Below, one piece after another: positions 14,319 through 28,460 of a DNA stretch of 64,000 bases. This DNA comes from Ylistrum balloti (taxonomy: Eukaryota), in the NCBI RefSeq assembly GCF_031769215.1, contig NW_026781898.1, positions 310,001-374,000 on the forward strand. Direction: 5' to 3'. The notes beneath the pieces were generated by a model that saw only the letters and a list, made by a program, of their open reading frames with translations, did not search any database and had not been told where the DNA came from. The first letter of the stretch is position 1. Each line of letters begins with the position of its first letter. Position numbers and translations under genes: made by a program.

Positions 14319-15783
14319 ATGGTACAAGGAAACAGTTCGCCAAAACGTGTCATGTCGGCAAGTCGGCGGAAAAATCCGTCTCAGCTAGCCGAATCGGAGG
14401 CTAAAGAAACACCGCGACAGGCACGTGTCAAGAAATCGACTTCTAAATTTGAAAGAGGCGTACAAAATATGTTGGAAACGTCGGAGACGTTGGTTTCTGG
14501 GGAAAAGTCTGAAAAGAAATCGAGCAAAAACTCGAGAAAAAGTGAATATTCTAATGAAAAGCGTATAGTTAATTTAAAAGATGTGAAAAATTCTAGTGTA
14601 AAGGAAAATATCATTGGAAATGATAAACTTACTAGTTCCCCTAAACTTATAGCTAGTAGAGATTTACGGAAGGCGAGCATAGGGTCGCATGACAGTATGA
14701 GTTATCGCCCCTTGAGACCTGTTTCCGGTCCCAGTGACCGTCTCGTGAGACCTGGATCCGAGGATAGCGTAAGTTCGACAATCAGACAAGAAAGAGAAAG
14801 ACTGTCTTCCCGTAAGGACAGTTCTTACTCGACCTACATTGAGATTACCCATAATGCATCAGAGGACCTCATAGTGGTAGAAAACGCCGATTCCGATTGG
14901 TCTAACAGTGATGACCTTATTCCTGAAGTTGAGGAAGTCGATCTTCAAAAGTCAAAACCAAGTGCAAAACCGGAAGTTGATGAAAAAAAGACAGAGAAAG
15001 AATCAAATCGACGAAGAAAACGCCGACCAAGGACAAGGAAAAAGAAAGAGAAGCTAGGACGCAGGTCAAAATCAGCAAATGACGGGGACGAATTTAAAGC
15101 CCGTGCAGACCACGTGATTGTAACGGACTTGGAACATATTACACAGGAAGTTCCTGCTGAACCTGTCTATGTACCACACGATATATGGGTCGTAAGTACT
15201 CATTAAGTTACAGTTTTTACAGTAATATGTCTAAGATCAGCATGTTCAGAAAATTTGTGTTGTTGCTTCTCTATAAAAGTGTCATCTTTTAAAGTAAAAA
15301 TCTATTTTGTATAAGAAGTAAATAGTTTTTCCTTTAGAATTATTTTCTGTTTCTAAGCCCAAATTTACCATCCGTGCGTCTAGCGCAAAGTTGTTACTAG
15401 CAACAGGTGCCTCTCTATCTTGCTTACATGTCCTAATATGTATCAATCTTATTGCAAATGTTCCGATGTTATTTAGATTCCGCAACGTATAAAATTTCAT
15501 ATTAATAGTATACATATCTCTTCACTAGCCCAAACGACGCATGCGCGAGAAAGGCAAGCAGACGATGGTGCGTGTAGGAGGAGGTTTCATGGACTTGTCC
15601 TACTATTTACATCATCATGTACCAATAAAGGTTTATCAGCCAAAGCCGTACGCCCAGCTCTTCAACAAGCACATGTTTATGGTCAAGTCTAAACGTCCAG
15701 AATTAGCTACTGGCCATAAACACTATGATCGTCCAAGTTGGACGACCATGAACAAAGGATTCAAGGCCTTCGCCTGTATATAA
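14319..15783 (+). CDS. Cluster gene G2: exons 14319-15191 and 15529-15783, about 375 aa, disordered protein with a truncated GAR (GAS2-related) motif
   Basis: ataATGG with an in-frame stop just upstream, donor GTC|gtaagt at 15192 and acceptor cttcactag|CCC at 15528 (phase 0). Exon 2 contains TMVRVGGGFMDLSYYLHHHVP, resembling the GAR C-terminus VMVRVGGGWxxLxxYLxxHDP. Confidence 0.85.
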
Positions 15784-18057
15784 AACCACAGAGAAATCTC
15801 GAACGGATTGATATTTCTGAATGTTGACGTTAGCTGCCGAACATTACCGAGTATCAACGAGTATAAAGCAGTAATCTGGAAGCTCTGTGTAGTTCTTAAG
15901 ACAGTAAATGTAGTTATATGAGTGATAAAAATGTGCCATATATATATTATCTATGTTCTTACTCGTAGTAGTTTTGATTTGTTAATGATTGAAGGCGTAA
16001 TTCACAGATATCACGGGTCGTAGTGGCCCGAACCCCTATTACATCGTTGGTACGTGTTATAGAGAATATACTTATGTATTGTACAGTAATTACATTTATA
16101 AGTATGTATATTCACGTACCTGGCCCCTTTCAGAACTATCTCTAATTTACCTAGGTAGAATAGCATTTCGCATGAGTTAGCATGTTGTGTTAGTTTTGCA
16201 TTACCTTGAGCCGATTAGAATTACTGCCATTTTCCCCTTTAATGTATTTTCCCCTTTAATGTATATGCCCATAATGGAAGGCGTCGTACTCAAGTGTATT
16301 TGTTGACATTTGTCACGTGAATATTCAGTCAATTATCCAGTCACTTATATGGGTAATATATCGAACTCAATAAGATGATCTTCAATGTAAATTATATATA
16401 ATCAGGTAATACCATTCAATCAACCCATGTACCTGTATAGATTGATTAATTATAAACACAATTCAGTGATATCACATCTCATATCCAAATTAGTAATATA
16501 TTCTTTGAATGAAATTGATTTTTGTTTAGATTAAACACCTTGATGGAACTGTGTGTTATCTCCCGTTGAATTAGATGCATTTATTACGTACACAGGGAAT
16601 ACCTTTCATCCAGGCCATCTCAACCCTTGATTTCACTTTTTAAAAGAAAGATCCGAAATGTCTCGGTTGGTATCGTGTTAGAATTCCTGTATTTAATAAG
16701 GATTCTTTCTTTTTAAAGTTTAAAAAACATGTAATTTATTATAAATTAAAAACAAAATGGTTATATTAAGTCTATTTTTTGACGAGTAGATCATTTATGC
16801 CACTAAAACATCATATTCCTTCGGTGTTTAGACAAGGTCTTGATTCCCTAAATTGTCATTATTTTGTATCGTATGTTAACAGTACGTGTCCCTTGTTTCT
16901 ATGTTTATGCAATGCCAGATATACGAAGGCATATTTCTGGTATCGACTTACCAATTAACCATGCCCATTTGTCCATTTTTCAAAGATGTCGGCATAATGT
17001 AAAAAATGTAAATGTTATCATCATATATATATGTATATATATTTAAGTATATGTTTATAAATAGTTTATCATCCTTTATTTTACACTGTGTCGTCTTTAT
17101 AATGATATTAAATGGGTCATTCAGTTTGTAAGGGTTTCATTTAAGATTACCTTGTAAAATGTGAGAAAATCTTCTTCTTTAATTAAATCAAAATGATTAA
17201 AAACAAGTTGTTTCTTTCTGATTATTACGGACGGAAGTGAAACCAGACGGCTGACAGAAAAGCACAAAGGTTGGACAGCTGACATACCTCATCCGGCTCG
17301 TCAAGATGAAGGGCGCCATCTAGTTTACCAAAACTTTCACAACGGCATTAAAAATTTCTCTAATTTACGATACTTTTCCCGTCATAAAGTTTTGTCAACT
17401 TGCCAATATATGGAGCTTGATTTTTTAATTTAATGCTTAACATACATGTATTATGATTTGATAAAATCACGTATGTACACGTACGCATTCCGATAAAAAA
17501 ACCGTATCTTGAAAATTAGTAAATACATACTACGTCTGATCATCTATTCATTAAAAGCTTGCGATGATAAACTAGTAAACCATTAGAACAATCGTCGGCT
17601 TAGACACATACAGGGATGGTTCAACTTTGAGTAGTCTCCCTTATATATATACGGTAAAGTATTTAAAAGGGCAGAACAGAACTAGTTCCTTTTGCTATGG
17701 TTTGACAGAGACGTAAATATCACATATCTGAGTTCTGTACGTCTCTCGGTTTGGTATACTTCGACTGGGAGATGGATTATATACGGAATTCACTTATTTC
17801 AACTTATACATTCTGTAACAACGAAGGGCATTAAAACCCTAGTTTTAATTATTTACTGTTTATTACAAGCATATGATACCATTGATATGGAGGGACACAA
17901 AAACAAATCAAAAATAGAAAAGAAAATCACTAAATGAGTACAGTGGATCCATAATGTTACATAAAACCCAGTATCTTTTTTTTTATATTTTTATGTTTCG
18001 CCAAGATCTGCTGGTATCCGTGGACAGCAAGTGCCAACTTCACCTTAGAAATCACAG

Positions 18058-18760
18058 CGACTATACATATCAATCGGTAAACATGCCACAGTCTTGACTA
18101 TACATGTCAATCGGTAAACATGCCACAACCTTGATATACATTTCAATCGGTAAACATGCCAGAGCCTTGAATGTACATGTCAATCGGTAAACATGCCACA
18201 ACCTTGACTATACATATCAATCGGTAAACATGCCACAGCCTTGACTATACATGCCACAGCCTTGACTATACATGTCAATCGGTAAACATGCCACAGCCTT
18301 GACTATACATGCCACAGCCTAGACTATACATGTCAATCGGTAAACATGCCACAGCCTTGACTATACATGTCAATCGGTAAACATGCCACAGCCTTGACTA
18401 TACATGTCAATCGGTAAACATGCCACAACCTTGATATACATATCAATCGGTAAACATGCCACAGCCTTGACTATACATGTCAATCGGTAAACATGCTACA
18501 GCCTTGACTATACATGTCAATCGGTAAACATGCCACAGCCTTGACTATACATATCAATCGGTAAACATGCCACAGCCTTGACTATACATGCCACAGCCTT
18601 GACTATACATGTCAATCGGTAAACTTGCCACAGCCTTGACTATACATGTCAATCGGTAAACATGCCACAGCCTTGACTATACATGTCAATCGGTAAACAT
18701 GCCACAGCCTTGACTATACATGTCATTCGGTAAATATGCCACAACCTTGATATACATATC
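18058..18760. repeat. Minisatellite, 37-bp unit gactatacatgtcaatcggtaaacatgccacagcctt with 21-bp deletion variants
   Basis: Directly visible tandem array. Confidence 0.96.
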
Positions 18761-19596
18761 AACAAGTCATAATGAGGTTTCATGCCGGAATTTTTAAAGG
18801 GAAAGTAAGGAAAACTATTCAAGGCTATTTACTCCAGTAGAATTTGTTACAAATCATTTCCTTTCCAAACTATTTCACGCACGTAATCACATAATATACT
18901 GTAATGATGAAATGATTGATCAAATTAGTTTTCAAATTGCATTATCAACTGTGCTGATATGTGTTATGATGACAATACTGTCCTAGCGCTTTTATTCAGA
19001 AATTGTTTTTCTTTACGTAAAAATGAGTACAAATGAGTTTTCACATCTGTATTTTGGTTATAGAATTTTTTCTACATAGTATGAGCAATGTCCATGTTGT
19101 GAAAGGCGAATATCAATCTTCCGGACTTCCACAAGAAAGACTTTAAAACCAGTTTTGATCAAAGGGGAACAACTCAGTCTAGATTCTGTATAAAATCTAG
19201 ATTACAGAATCACGAAACTTGATGAATTATGGGGATAGTGCTACTTCATATGCGTATCTATATTTCAATATTTTGTTCGATCTGTTTAAACTTTCCTCAA
19301 CAGCCTCCAAGAATCAGCTGTATGTTGCAGTCTAATTCATTATTTGGCTTTAATGTATCTAGTTCTAAATTAACAATGAAATGTGATTTCTATTGTGTTT
19401 TTTTACAATCTTCTCGATATTGTTCTTTATGACGCGTATTCCTTGGGTATTTAAGGCTGCATACCCGAAGACTGGTGGTAAGTTTATGTCGAAATGTAGC
19501 AGTGACCCATAAGATAGGTCTAGCACAGTCTAAACCATGTAAGCACCCTGGTTCATCCCCGCCAAAGAAGGCAAATATGGTTCCATCAGCTGGAAA

Positions 19597-19910
19597 GATT
19601 ATGGTGTCAGTTTTGAATTGATTGAACACCCGTCTTATTCGCCTTATCTCTCTACATCAGACTTTCATCTACATCTGTATTTCCAAAATTAAAAAAGGCA
19701 ATTTTCAATGCTCACTTTCGGTCAAATGATGATGTCATACATGCAGTGAGGACTTTCTGAATGGTCAAGAAAAAGACTTCTTTAAAAGTGGCATCGCTGG
19801 CAGAAGTATATCGTATATTGAAAGCGATTGTGTTGAAAAATAATGCAATATGTCAGCCATAAGTCAAACCCTTAAATATGAGGCTCACAACTCATCAGTC
19901 AGCCCTCGTA
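19597..19910 (+). mobile_element. Mariner (Tc1/mariner) transposon relic: transposase C-terminus and right end
   Basis: IEHPSYSPYLSTSDFHL matches the mariner HPPYSPDLAPSDFHL motif. It continues FPKLKKAIFNAHFRSNDDVIHAV, then a frameshift to DFLNGQEKDFFKSGI...IESDCVEK*. It ends in cagccctcgTA, a TIR-like end with a TA site. Confidence 0.85.
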
Positions 19911-21441
19911 TACACAGTAAAGTATATCGAAATCGTAGTTTTCCGAGCTGTTATTGACATAGAGTGATCTCCCTTGTATATAAGATTTCCCCTGTATGGG
20001 ATTACTTGTCTTATCATGATAAACAACAGTTAAAGACAACAAAATTATGTATTTTGACTTTGCTATGATATTATAATTAGGATGATATCATTATACTTTC
20101 ATTTGTGAACGTTGAGCTTAGACAGACCTTGATTTTTTTTTCTAATTTTCATGTATAGAAATAATATTTGATACCAAATAAAGTGTTGCCATCGGATATA
20201 AATCGTGGTACAGGTTGAGTGGTATTGAGGCCCTGATAACATAACACTGATAGCGGTTATTGTCTGTGAAAAATAAAGCTATCGGAGCGACAAACCAGGG
20301 TCTCACATACAACAGCCCGAAAACAATAGCAACGTGACCGATATAGATCGCACGCGATGAAGCGACGTCATACAACACAATAGGTATATCTAATGTCTTA
20401 AGACAATGGCGGTGAATTATATATATCCGGATACCTTCGTCTAGGTGACGATAGGCTAGAATTAAGCTGCTAAGTGTTGTCTGCCATACTTGACGGAATA
20501 TTTACAACTGGAACTGGCTGGAGTTGGAAGAACGGGTTTGGAATTTCATTTTAGTCTTTTATATTCCGTTTGGTAGTTTTTCCATCGTAAATGTATATCT
20601 GAAGTGTCGAGTTTTTTTTAATAAGTTTATTAGATTATATTGTTCTTCAGGATATGCGTTGATTATGTATCGATTTAAAAACACCCTTCTAGTATACCTG
20701 TGACTGGCTTTGTGGATTAATGACAAAGAATGATGAAACATAAAATATTCACTTGGAGATAGGGTGGAGAACGGAAGCGCCATCGTCATCAAGGTCGTGT
20801 GGAAGTCTATTGTTATTGTTTTTATGTAATATATATATATAAATATATTGTTACATTCGGCTAACACGAGGTAATTTTGTTGCCAATAGAGAACAAACCA
20901 ACGTATCAACAGAAAAATCCACAGGACGAGTAATTCTGTAACAGGAAGGTGATAGAATAATGTGTGGTCGATATAAGCCAAAATGTTGTTTTAAGAATAT
21001 CCATTAGCAGCTATGAACAGGACAACTTGACAATTTTTGCCAGTAGATTTTTAAAAAAGATTATTAATCCTTATTGATTTCACTCTTACAAGACTCCACG
21101 ATTGAGACGTTTTAATGTCGGCGAATATATTCACAAGTCAAACATCTCGTATATTAAACAAATCACGACACAGACATGGAAAAGCAGACGACCTTTACGT
21201 ACGACGGTATAATCCGCGAGAATAATCAGATACCATGAACCATTTATATACATCAATGTATACATAATTTGATTGAATCAATCTGGGTAAAGGAACTGTA
21301 TATATGTGTACAAGAACGTCGAAACTGGAAATGAACGTGACAGCAAGAAAAACACTCCTCAGTTAGTTGTGTTTCTTTCTGAAATTTTCTTATGGAGAAA
21401 CTGAGTTTGATGTGAACTGAGTCCTTAGTAAACGAGCCGAA

Positions 21442-22329
21442 ATGGCTAGTGAGTTTTTCGCGAGGAAGTTAAATCTAGAGCTAGCTTTGAACCCGCTTTT
21501 CCATGGCCCACACGAGGAGTTAAGGGAGGAAACTCCCCCACCAAGGGAGGTCAAGGTCACTATAAAAAAGGATTTTACACAGAGAAATTATGGCAGCCAT
21601 AGCACCAGGAGTCAGTGGAAACTCAGCACCGAAAGTAATATAAACAGTTTTGAATTTAAGCATCGAAACCCAAAAGGTGTATACGACTTTCTTAAAGTAA
21701 AAATAGAACGCGAGAATGCCAGGAGTAAACGTGCTAAAATTAAAAAATCCACAGGCAAAGTTAAAAAGGTGGACGAGACAGAAAACGGAAATGGTGTTGA
21801 AAAGGAAGCACGTGAAGTCATTGTAGAAGCAGAATCAAATCCTCGTGAAACTGATAAAAATGGTGCTGAATCAGAAAATAACAACGACAAACAGTCAACA
21901 ACAAATAAACTGCCAGAAACCGGAAGTGAGAAGAGTGGAGTGGTACCAGAAATACTACATTATTCGGACGAGTTCACAGAGGGTCCGCTGGAGGTGTACG
22001 AACCTGTATTTGTGCGGTTTCCTGTGTGGAAGGTAACATAATTTGCTTTGAAAATTTGTGTTGTTTTAAAAAGTGGAATCTTTTCCGGATCTTTATGTAT
22101 GCGTCCCCTTTTTATTTGACTTAATCTACGATATAAAATTCCAGACAACGATAGCTTTGTTCTGAAATTTAACAACATTATAAATGAAATTGATAGTAAT
22201 AGCTTTTTTCCTATTTTCAATGTTTTATTAGGATACGTGTGTATTTGTATGATAATGGTCAGCTTCTGCTTCTTACAATACATTATATATTTTATTCTCT
22301 TTCAGCCAGCTAAACTTAATCACGACTGA
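21442..22329 (+). CDS. Cluster gene G3: exons 21442-22032 and 22306-22329, about 204 aa; the terminal exon is reduced to PAKLNHD*
   Basis: gaaATGG start, donor AAG|gtaaca at 22033 and a strong acceptor ttttattctctttcag|CCA at 22305. The exon-1 end EILHYSD...PLEVYEPVFVRFPVWK matches G1 (EVIHYID...AIEPFEPVFIQPHPVWE). The exon-2 assignment is less certain. Confidence 0.7.
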
Positions 22330-23289
22330 AGCAGTGACCAGTGTCCACAGTAACCCTTTGGAAGGATGAACGATCAAATCTTTTTAAAAAATTATGAAAC
22401 GTGTTTCTCATCTGGTTTGTATGTTCCCGGTAACAATGACCATGTCGTGGAGGCGTGCGGTTTGCATGTGTCAGTTTAAGCTGCTCTTTATTCCTGGGAT
22501 TTATTTTTAAACAAATTCATAAATGTTAGTGAAAAGCTAATGAAATATTGATGAACCGGTGATGTTACACCTGCTGTTGCCGTTGTATGTTTCTCAATTG
22601 TTTCATGTCACTGCTGTTTTGCTATTTATTTTCTCCGTTGCAAATCATCACCAGCGATTCGTTTTACTGTGAGTTAACAAAATAATAAGATCTGAATGAC
22701 TCTGTAAAATATAGCAGTTTGAATTGAGTGCTCTGGGCTATATTATCGTTATCCTTTATATAGATATCATAACACGACGTATACAATCACAAGGAGAAAA
22801 AGCGAGGATTTATGTACATAAGTTTGTTTATATAGATTTTTAAAAAAAGTTACAAATATTTTCATTGGTTTATTCTTGTATGTGTTCCCTGGTGTTACTT
22901 TTGTATGTCCATGTTTATCGTACTTGTTATAGAGGGTGTTCCCTGGGGTTTCTTTTGTTACAAATATCTGATGATTCGTTATTCTGACATAAAAATAAAT
23001 ACAAAAACGTGTATGTATTATTATTTATGACTGTTTCATCGGCATAAACTCCTACAAATTGCGTTGATTTATTGCGATTGCCCGAAACAGGTTTTTAGAT
23101 TAATTTTAGTGAGAACCTGCAAAGGCGTGCAGGAGGATTAAATTTTTAAAGGTAGACTATAAAAACCAGTTATATAGTAAGTGGCAGATGGATTCAATCA
23201 GAAGACTGAAAGAAATATACCCAAGCGGCAACCAGCTTTTAAATAAATCTTTGAAGATAAATATTTTCAATGAATTATTACGTTATAAC

Positions 23290-24850
23290 TAAAGAGGAAC
23301 CGGACGACTGGCGATAAGGTGTGGAGACCAGGGAGGAACCAGAGGACGACTGGCGATAAGGTGTGGAGACCAGGGAGGAACCAGAGGATGACTGGCGATA
23401 AGGTGTGGAGACCAGGGAGGAACCGGACGACTTGCGATAAGGCGTGGAGACCAGGGAGGAACCGGACGACTTGCGATATGGTGTGGAGACCAGGGAGGAA
23501 CCAGAGGACGACTGGCGATAAGGTGTGGAGACCAGGGAGGAACCAGAGGATGACTGGCGATAAGGTGTGGAGACCAGGGAGGAACCAGAGGACGACTGGC
23601 GATAAGGTGTTGAGACCAGGGAGGAACCGGACGACTGGCGATAAGGTGTGGAGACCAGGGAGGAACCGGACGACTGACGATAAGGTGTGGAGACCAGCGA
23701 GGAACCAGAGGACGACTGGCGATAAGGTGGTGAGACCAGGGAGGAACCGGACGACTGGCGATAAGGTGTGGAGACCAGGGAGGAACCGGACGACTGGCGA
23801 TAAGGTGTGGAGACCAGGGAGGAACCAGAGGACGACTGGCGATAAGGTGTGGAGACCAGGGAGGAACCAGAGGACGGCTGGCGAAAAGGTGTTGAGACCA
23901 GGGAGGAACCGGACGACTGGCGATAAGGCGTGGAGACCAGGGAGGAACCGGACGACTGACGATAAGGTGGTGAGACCAGGGAGGAACCAGAGGACGGCTG
24001 GCGAAAAGGTGTTGAGACCAGGGAGGAACCGGACGACTGGCGATAAGGTGTGGATACCAGGGGGAACCAGAGGACGACTGACGATAAGGTGTGGAGACCA
24101 GGAAGGAACCAGAGGACGACTGGCGATAAGTTGTGGAGACCAGCGAGGAAGCAGAGGACGTTTGATTTGGTATTGAACCCAATGAGAACTGGAAGACGGG
24201 TGATGAAATATTGAGGATGAAGGAACTGGAGGACGGGTCATGAGATCTGGAACCCATGGAGTTACCGGAAGTCGGGTGATGAAGTGTTGAGCCCATAGAT
24301 GAAATGGAGGACAGATAATGAGGTGTAAAACCCAAGGAGGAACCGTAGGACGGGTAGACACCAGAGGACGGGTGATGAGGTCTCAGGAACCCAAGTAGAC
24401 ACCAGAAGACGGGTGACGAGGTCTCAGGAACCCAAGTAGACACCAGAGGACGGGTGACGAGGTCTCAGGAACCCAAGTAGACACCAGAGGACGGGTGACG
24501 AGGTCTCAGGAAACAAAGTAGACACCAGAGGACGGATGACGAGGTCTCAGGAAACCAAGTAGACACCAGAGGACTGGTGACGAGGTCTCAGGAAACCAAG
24601 TAGACACCAGAGGACGGGTGATGAGGTCTCAGGAAACCTAGGAGGAAGTGAAGAACGGGTGATGAAATCTTGAATCCAAGGAGGAACCTGAGGTCTGAAA
24701 CTCAAGCAGGAAGCCGGGGAAGGATGATTAGGTTTGAAACTTTGAGTGTTCCGGGTGCTTTAAACCAAAGAGGAACCGGAAGACGGACGATGAGGTCTAG
24801 AACTAAAGGAGGAACCGGAAGATGGGTAATAAGGTCCGGAACTCTGGGTG
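23290..24850. repeat. Compound purine-rich minisatellite: 42/39-bp units (23290-24170), a related 41/42-bp unit (24354-24640) and degenerate copies between and after
   Basis: Unit ggaggaacc(aga)ggacgactggcgataaggtgtggagaccag; second unit gtagacaccagaggacgggtgacgaggtctcaggaacccaa. Confidence 0.95.
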
Positions 24851-24857
24851 TAAATTA

Positions 24858-25091
24858 GGATACCCTGCAGCGGGCCAGTATTGAACAAAGACGAATAGGG
24901 CATTGGTTCCGAATAACCGAATCGACTACAACACATTGTTACCATCTTGTGTACTTTTTCTATAATTTTTTTTACCATCTCATCACACTATTTTCTACCT
25001 TAGTGTGCATAGGTATGGAGTACAGTCAGTTGGTTCGTTACCATCTCGTGCACTACATAAGTCTTGTAAGCTTCACACTGGTCATTTGTCA
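24858..25091 (+). mobile_element. 5'-truncated Penelope-like fragment (end of the ORF plus 3' tail)
   Basis: Aligns by eye with 358-630. Shared blocks include gatac..gcagcgggccagta.tgaa, ttaccatctc.tcacactattttc.accttagtgt.cataggt and acactggtcatttgtc. Confidence 0.8.
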
Positions 25092-25995
25092 GTGTAGTCA
25101 TTGAAACATCACACTCACATCTTCTACTGGTTGTGTTATAAGATGAAGGTGACAGTGTAGTCATTGAAACATCCACATCTTCTACTGGTTGTGTTATAAG
25201 ATGAAGGTGACCGTGTAGTCATTGAAACATCCACATCTTCTACTGGTTGTGTTATAAGATGAAGGTGACCGTGTAGTCATTGAAACATCCACATCTTCTA
25301 CTGGTTGTGTTATAAGATGAAGGTGACCGTGTAGTCATTGAAACATCCACATCTTCTACTGGTTGTGTTTTAAGATGAAGGTGACCGTGTAGTCATTGAA
25401 ACATCCACATCTTCTACTGGTTGTGTTATAAGATGAAGGTGACCGTGTAGTCATTGAAACATCACACTCACATTTTCATCACACTCACATTTTCTACTGG
25501 TTGTGTTATAAGATGAAGGTGACCGTGTAGTCATTGAAACATCCACATCTTCTACTGGTTGTGTTATAAGATGAAGGTGACCGTGTAGTCATTGAAACAT
25601 CCACATCTTCTACTGTGTGTTATAAGATGAAGGTGACCGTGTAGTCATTGAAACATCCACATCTTCTACTGGTTGTGTTTTAAGATGAAGGTGACCGTGT
25701 AGTCATTGAAACATCCACATCTTCTACTGGTTGTGTTATAAGATGAAGGTGACCGTGTAGTCATTGAAACATCACAATCACATTTTCTGCCAGTTGTGTT
25801 ATAAGATGAAGGTGACCGTGTAGTCATTGAAACATCACACTCACATTTTCTACTGGTTGTGTTATAAGATGAAGGTGACCGTGTAGTCATTGAAACATCA
25901 CACTCACATTTTCTACCAGTTGTGTTATAAGATGAAGGTGACAGTGTAGTCATTGAAACATCACACTCACATTTTCTACCAGTTGTGTTATAAGA
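25092..25995. repeat. Minisatellite, 58-bp unit (63-bp variants) gtgtagtcattgaaacatccacatcttctactggttgtgttataagatgaaggtgacc
   Basis: Directly visible array with period 58 (e.g. 25213 to 25271). Confidence 0.96.
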
Positions 25996-27251
25996 CCTTT
26001 TATTTTGTTAACATTATCAAGCTAAAGATTATTCCGAATCATTCAATGGTGATCTAAGAATTGTCTACTTTGAGTCAAAGAATTGTCCAGAGTTAACAGG
26101 CGTGTTGTGTGATAATCGATATGACAGTTTGTCTCGATTTGTTTGTCCCTGTTATTATCTCGACGCATTTGTAAGTGACATAAATGTGTATATATGGTTT
26201 GAGAGAAAGGTAATGACATTCGTTCTAACAGCTAGGGTACTACAGACTGTCGTACTGACGTAACTGTTGATAGGACTTTATAACATACCCGGAGCATTAA
26301 TGCGGTTTCACGTGGTTTGTAATGGCAATAAAACACATTAATGATCGATACCTACCTGGTACACTTTTATGAAACGAAAGCAGATATTGTTGAGTGTGCT
26401 TGTAACAAGCCTGTTCAATACACACCTGATAGAAAAATGACATATTGGTGACTATCATTCTTGTTTAACAAAGCGTTAATCCGATTTTACTGAATTGCTT
26501 GTTGTATATATATGTATATAAGGTCGGATGGTATAGGGAGAGCATGATCGGACAAAAAAATGGTCTGGGTAGCAATATATTATCTTTATCACAAAGGGCA
26601 TTTAGCGAACTATACAATCATCTATTCAAGATTTTCAAAATCTTTTGTAACAATCACATTTTCATACTTATTATATATGTACTATCGGAAATCGATATGT
26701 TCACTTTCAATACCTTGGCTATGTTAATGTGAATAACTGTTGTTTTGTGAATGGGGCTTCTGTTTTCAAATCTGGATGAGGTCATTTTTATTCGTCAATA
26801 AACAGAGGTTGTTTGTGTTTACTCCTGTCGATATATATCTCACCTTACCTGTATTTCTCCACTTACAATGTACCTAGATATTTATTACGACGTGTTATCA
26901 CGAGGACAGGTAAGACACACGGATACATTCCCCGTGGCGTTCATTGCTATCAGTTCTAGAACAATTTTATTATGAACCCTCGCTGTAGCTAGCTCTCAAA
27001 CATTCTGGAATTTAAACGACAATTTGATATGTACGGATATAAACCTTCCCCGCACCTTGGTCACGGAGCGTGAGATACGTTTGTGTTTTACATTCCTTAC
27101 GATAGGATTGTGTAGGGTCTGATTGACCAGTTGAGTTGGTCAGTCCAGTCCACACGTGTGTGTATTCTTCGTGTCGTAATCAGCTTGTATTTAGCTGTTC
27201 TCTCCATAATCGACTTCTCTGTGACGCTCTACTTTCATTTCGATAACTACA

Positions 27252-28460
27252 ATGGCCACCATTGAGTGTTGGCAACCTTATACGTCTCTAGATCAACTAC
27301 TAACCTCCTCGCTAGTGCTGACGGATGGGGAGGAGGAGGTGGAGCACGTGAAACAAGAACTTCCCAGGTCTACCCGACGGGCAATTAAGTTCATACGTAA
27401 TCAGAAACTCCGCCCAAAACCTGGATTTCGACGACGGGAAACATGGCTTGAGAACCAGCTCTCATTATCAGCAGGAATTGACATTCTATATCACGATCAG
27501 GTGAAGAAAGACAATCGTGGGACTTTGCAGAGTCAATCTTCCCATTCACCAAGATCCTCCGAAGAACACAAAAACCGATGGATTGGGTTGGATTTATTAT
27601 TAGACCCAGGCATTCAGAATTCTTCCAAAAAACCGTCCAGGACACAACCGTCTAAGACTGTTGTTTACAAAAGGAAGAATTTAGATACACCTGTGTATCA
27701 TTTAAAACAACCCTTTGAACCTATCCCAGTATACGAACAGAGAAATGGAATAGGAAAGCGTAAAAGTAGAAGTCCTAGACATAGCAACACGATTAAACGC
27801 CTCGAAGACACAGATAGAAGCAAGAGTTTGGAAGACATTGATAAAAGTGAGAGTGTGCGTGATGGTTCTAAAGGAAACAACACAGGGAGCATCTCAAAAC
27901 CAAAAACCTACACCGAAATTCTTCATTACGTAGATGGGGCGACGTCTATGGGTGTCATCGATACGTTTGAACCTATCTATGTTATAAGCAGGAAAACAAA
28001 GGTATGTACACACAGACAGTGAAATGTTTTATATGTAATGCTTTACTGTAATCTGTAAACTTACGTCACAATGAACGGTGACGTCATAATTTAGTTTTAT
28101 AAAGGTCATATGTAATTGAAATAGTTTGAGTCTAATTCATTTTCTTTGTCAATTTTTCTTTTCTGTTCCAAATTTTCAAAAACTACCTCTCTTTATTTCC
28201 GGTTTTATTCTGTTTTTTATCCAAAATTAGTTTATTATGTGAATTAATTACGTACAGTGACTATTTACATTTTAGCAAACAAATGTAAGTTCATGCATGT
28301 CTTGTTTAGTTTCAACTATTATTATTTAATAGAAGGTACGTATGACATTGCCTTGGCGGTCATTTTTGTTTTCCATTAGGAGTTCAGCGTGTGCTCCTCC
28401 GATATAGAATCGTTAGGACTTGATACTTACCACAGTGACGTCACCAGTCAAGGTCACTGA
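27252..28460 (+). CDS. Cluster gene G4: exons 27252-28001 and probably 28380-28460, about 276 aa; no GAR motif
   Basis: acaATGG start, donor AAG|gtatgt at 28002 and acceptor tttttgttttccattag|GAG at 28379, giving EFSVCSSDIESLGLDTYHSDVTSQGH*. The exon-1 end EILHYVD...IDTFEPIYV matches G1 and G3. Confidence 0.7.

Noticed and set aside
25092-25995. Regular arrays that could be mistaken for CRISPR (also 10135-10982 and 18058-18760)
   Set aside because: The units are contiguous with no unique spacers, there are no cas genes, and the DNA is eukaryotic.
28333-28335. Possible 3-nt micro-exon (ag|AAG|gtacgt) in the G4 intron
   Set aside because: The downstream intron would be only 44 nt, and the acceptor context is weak.
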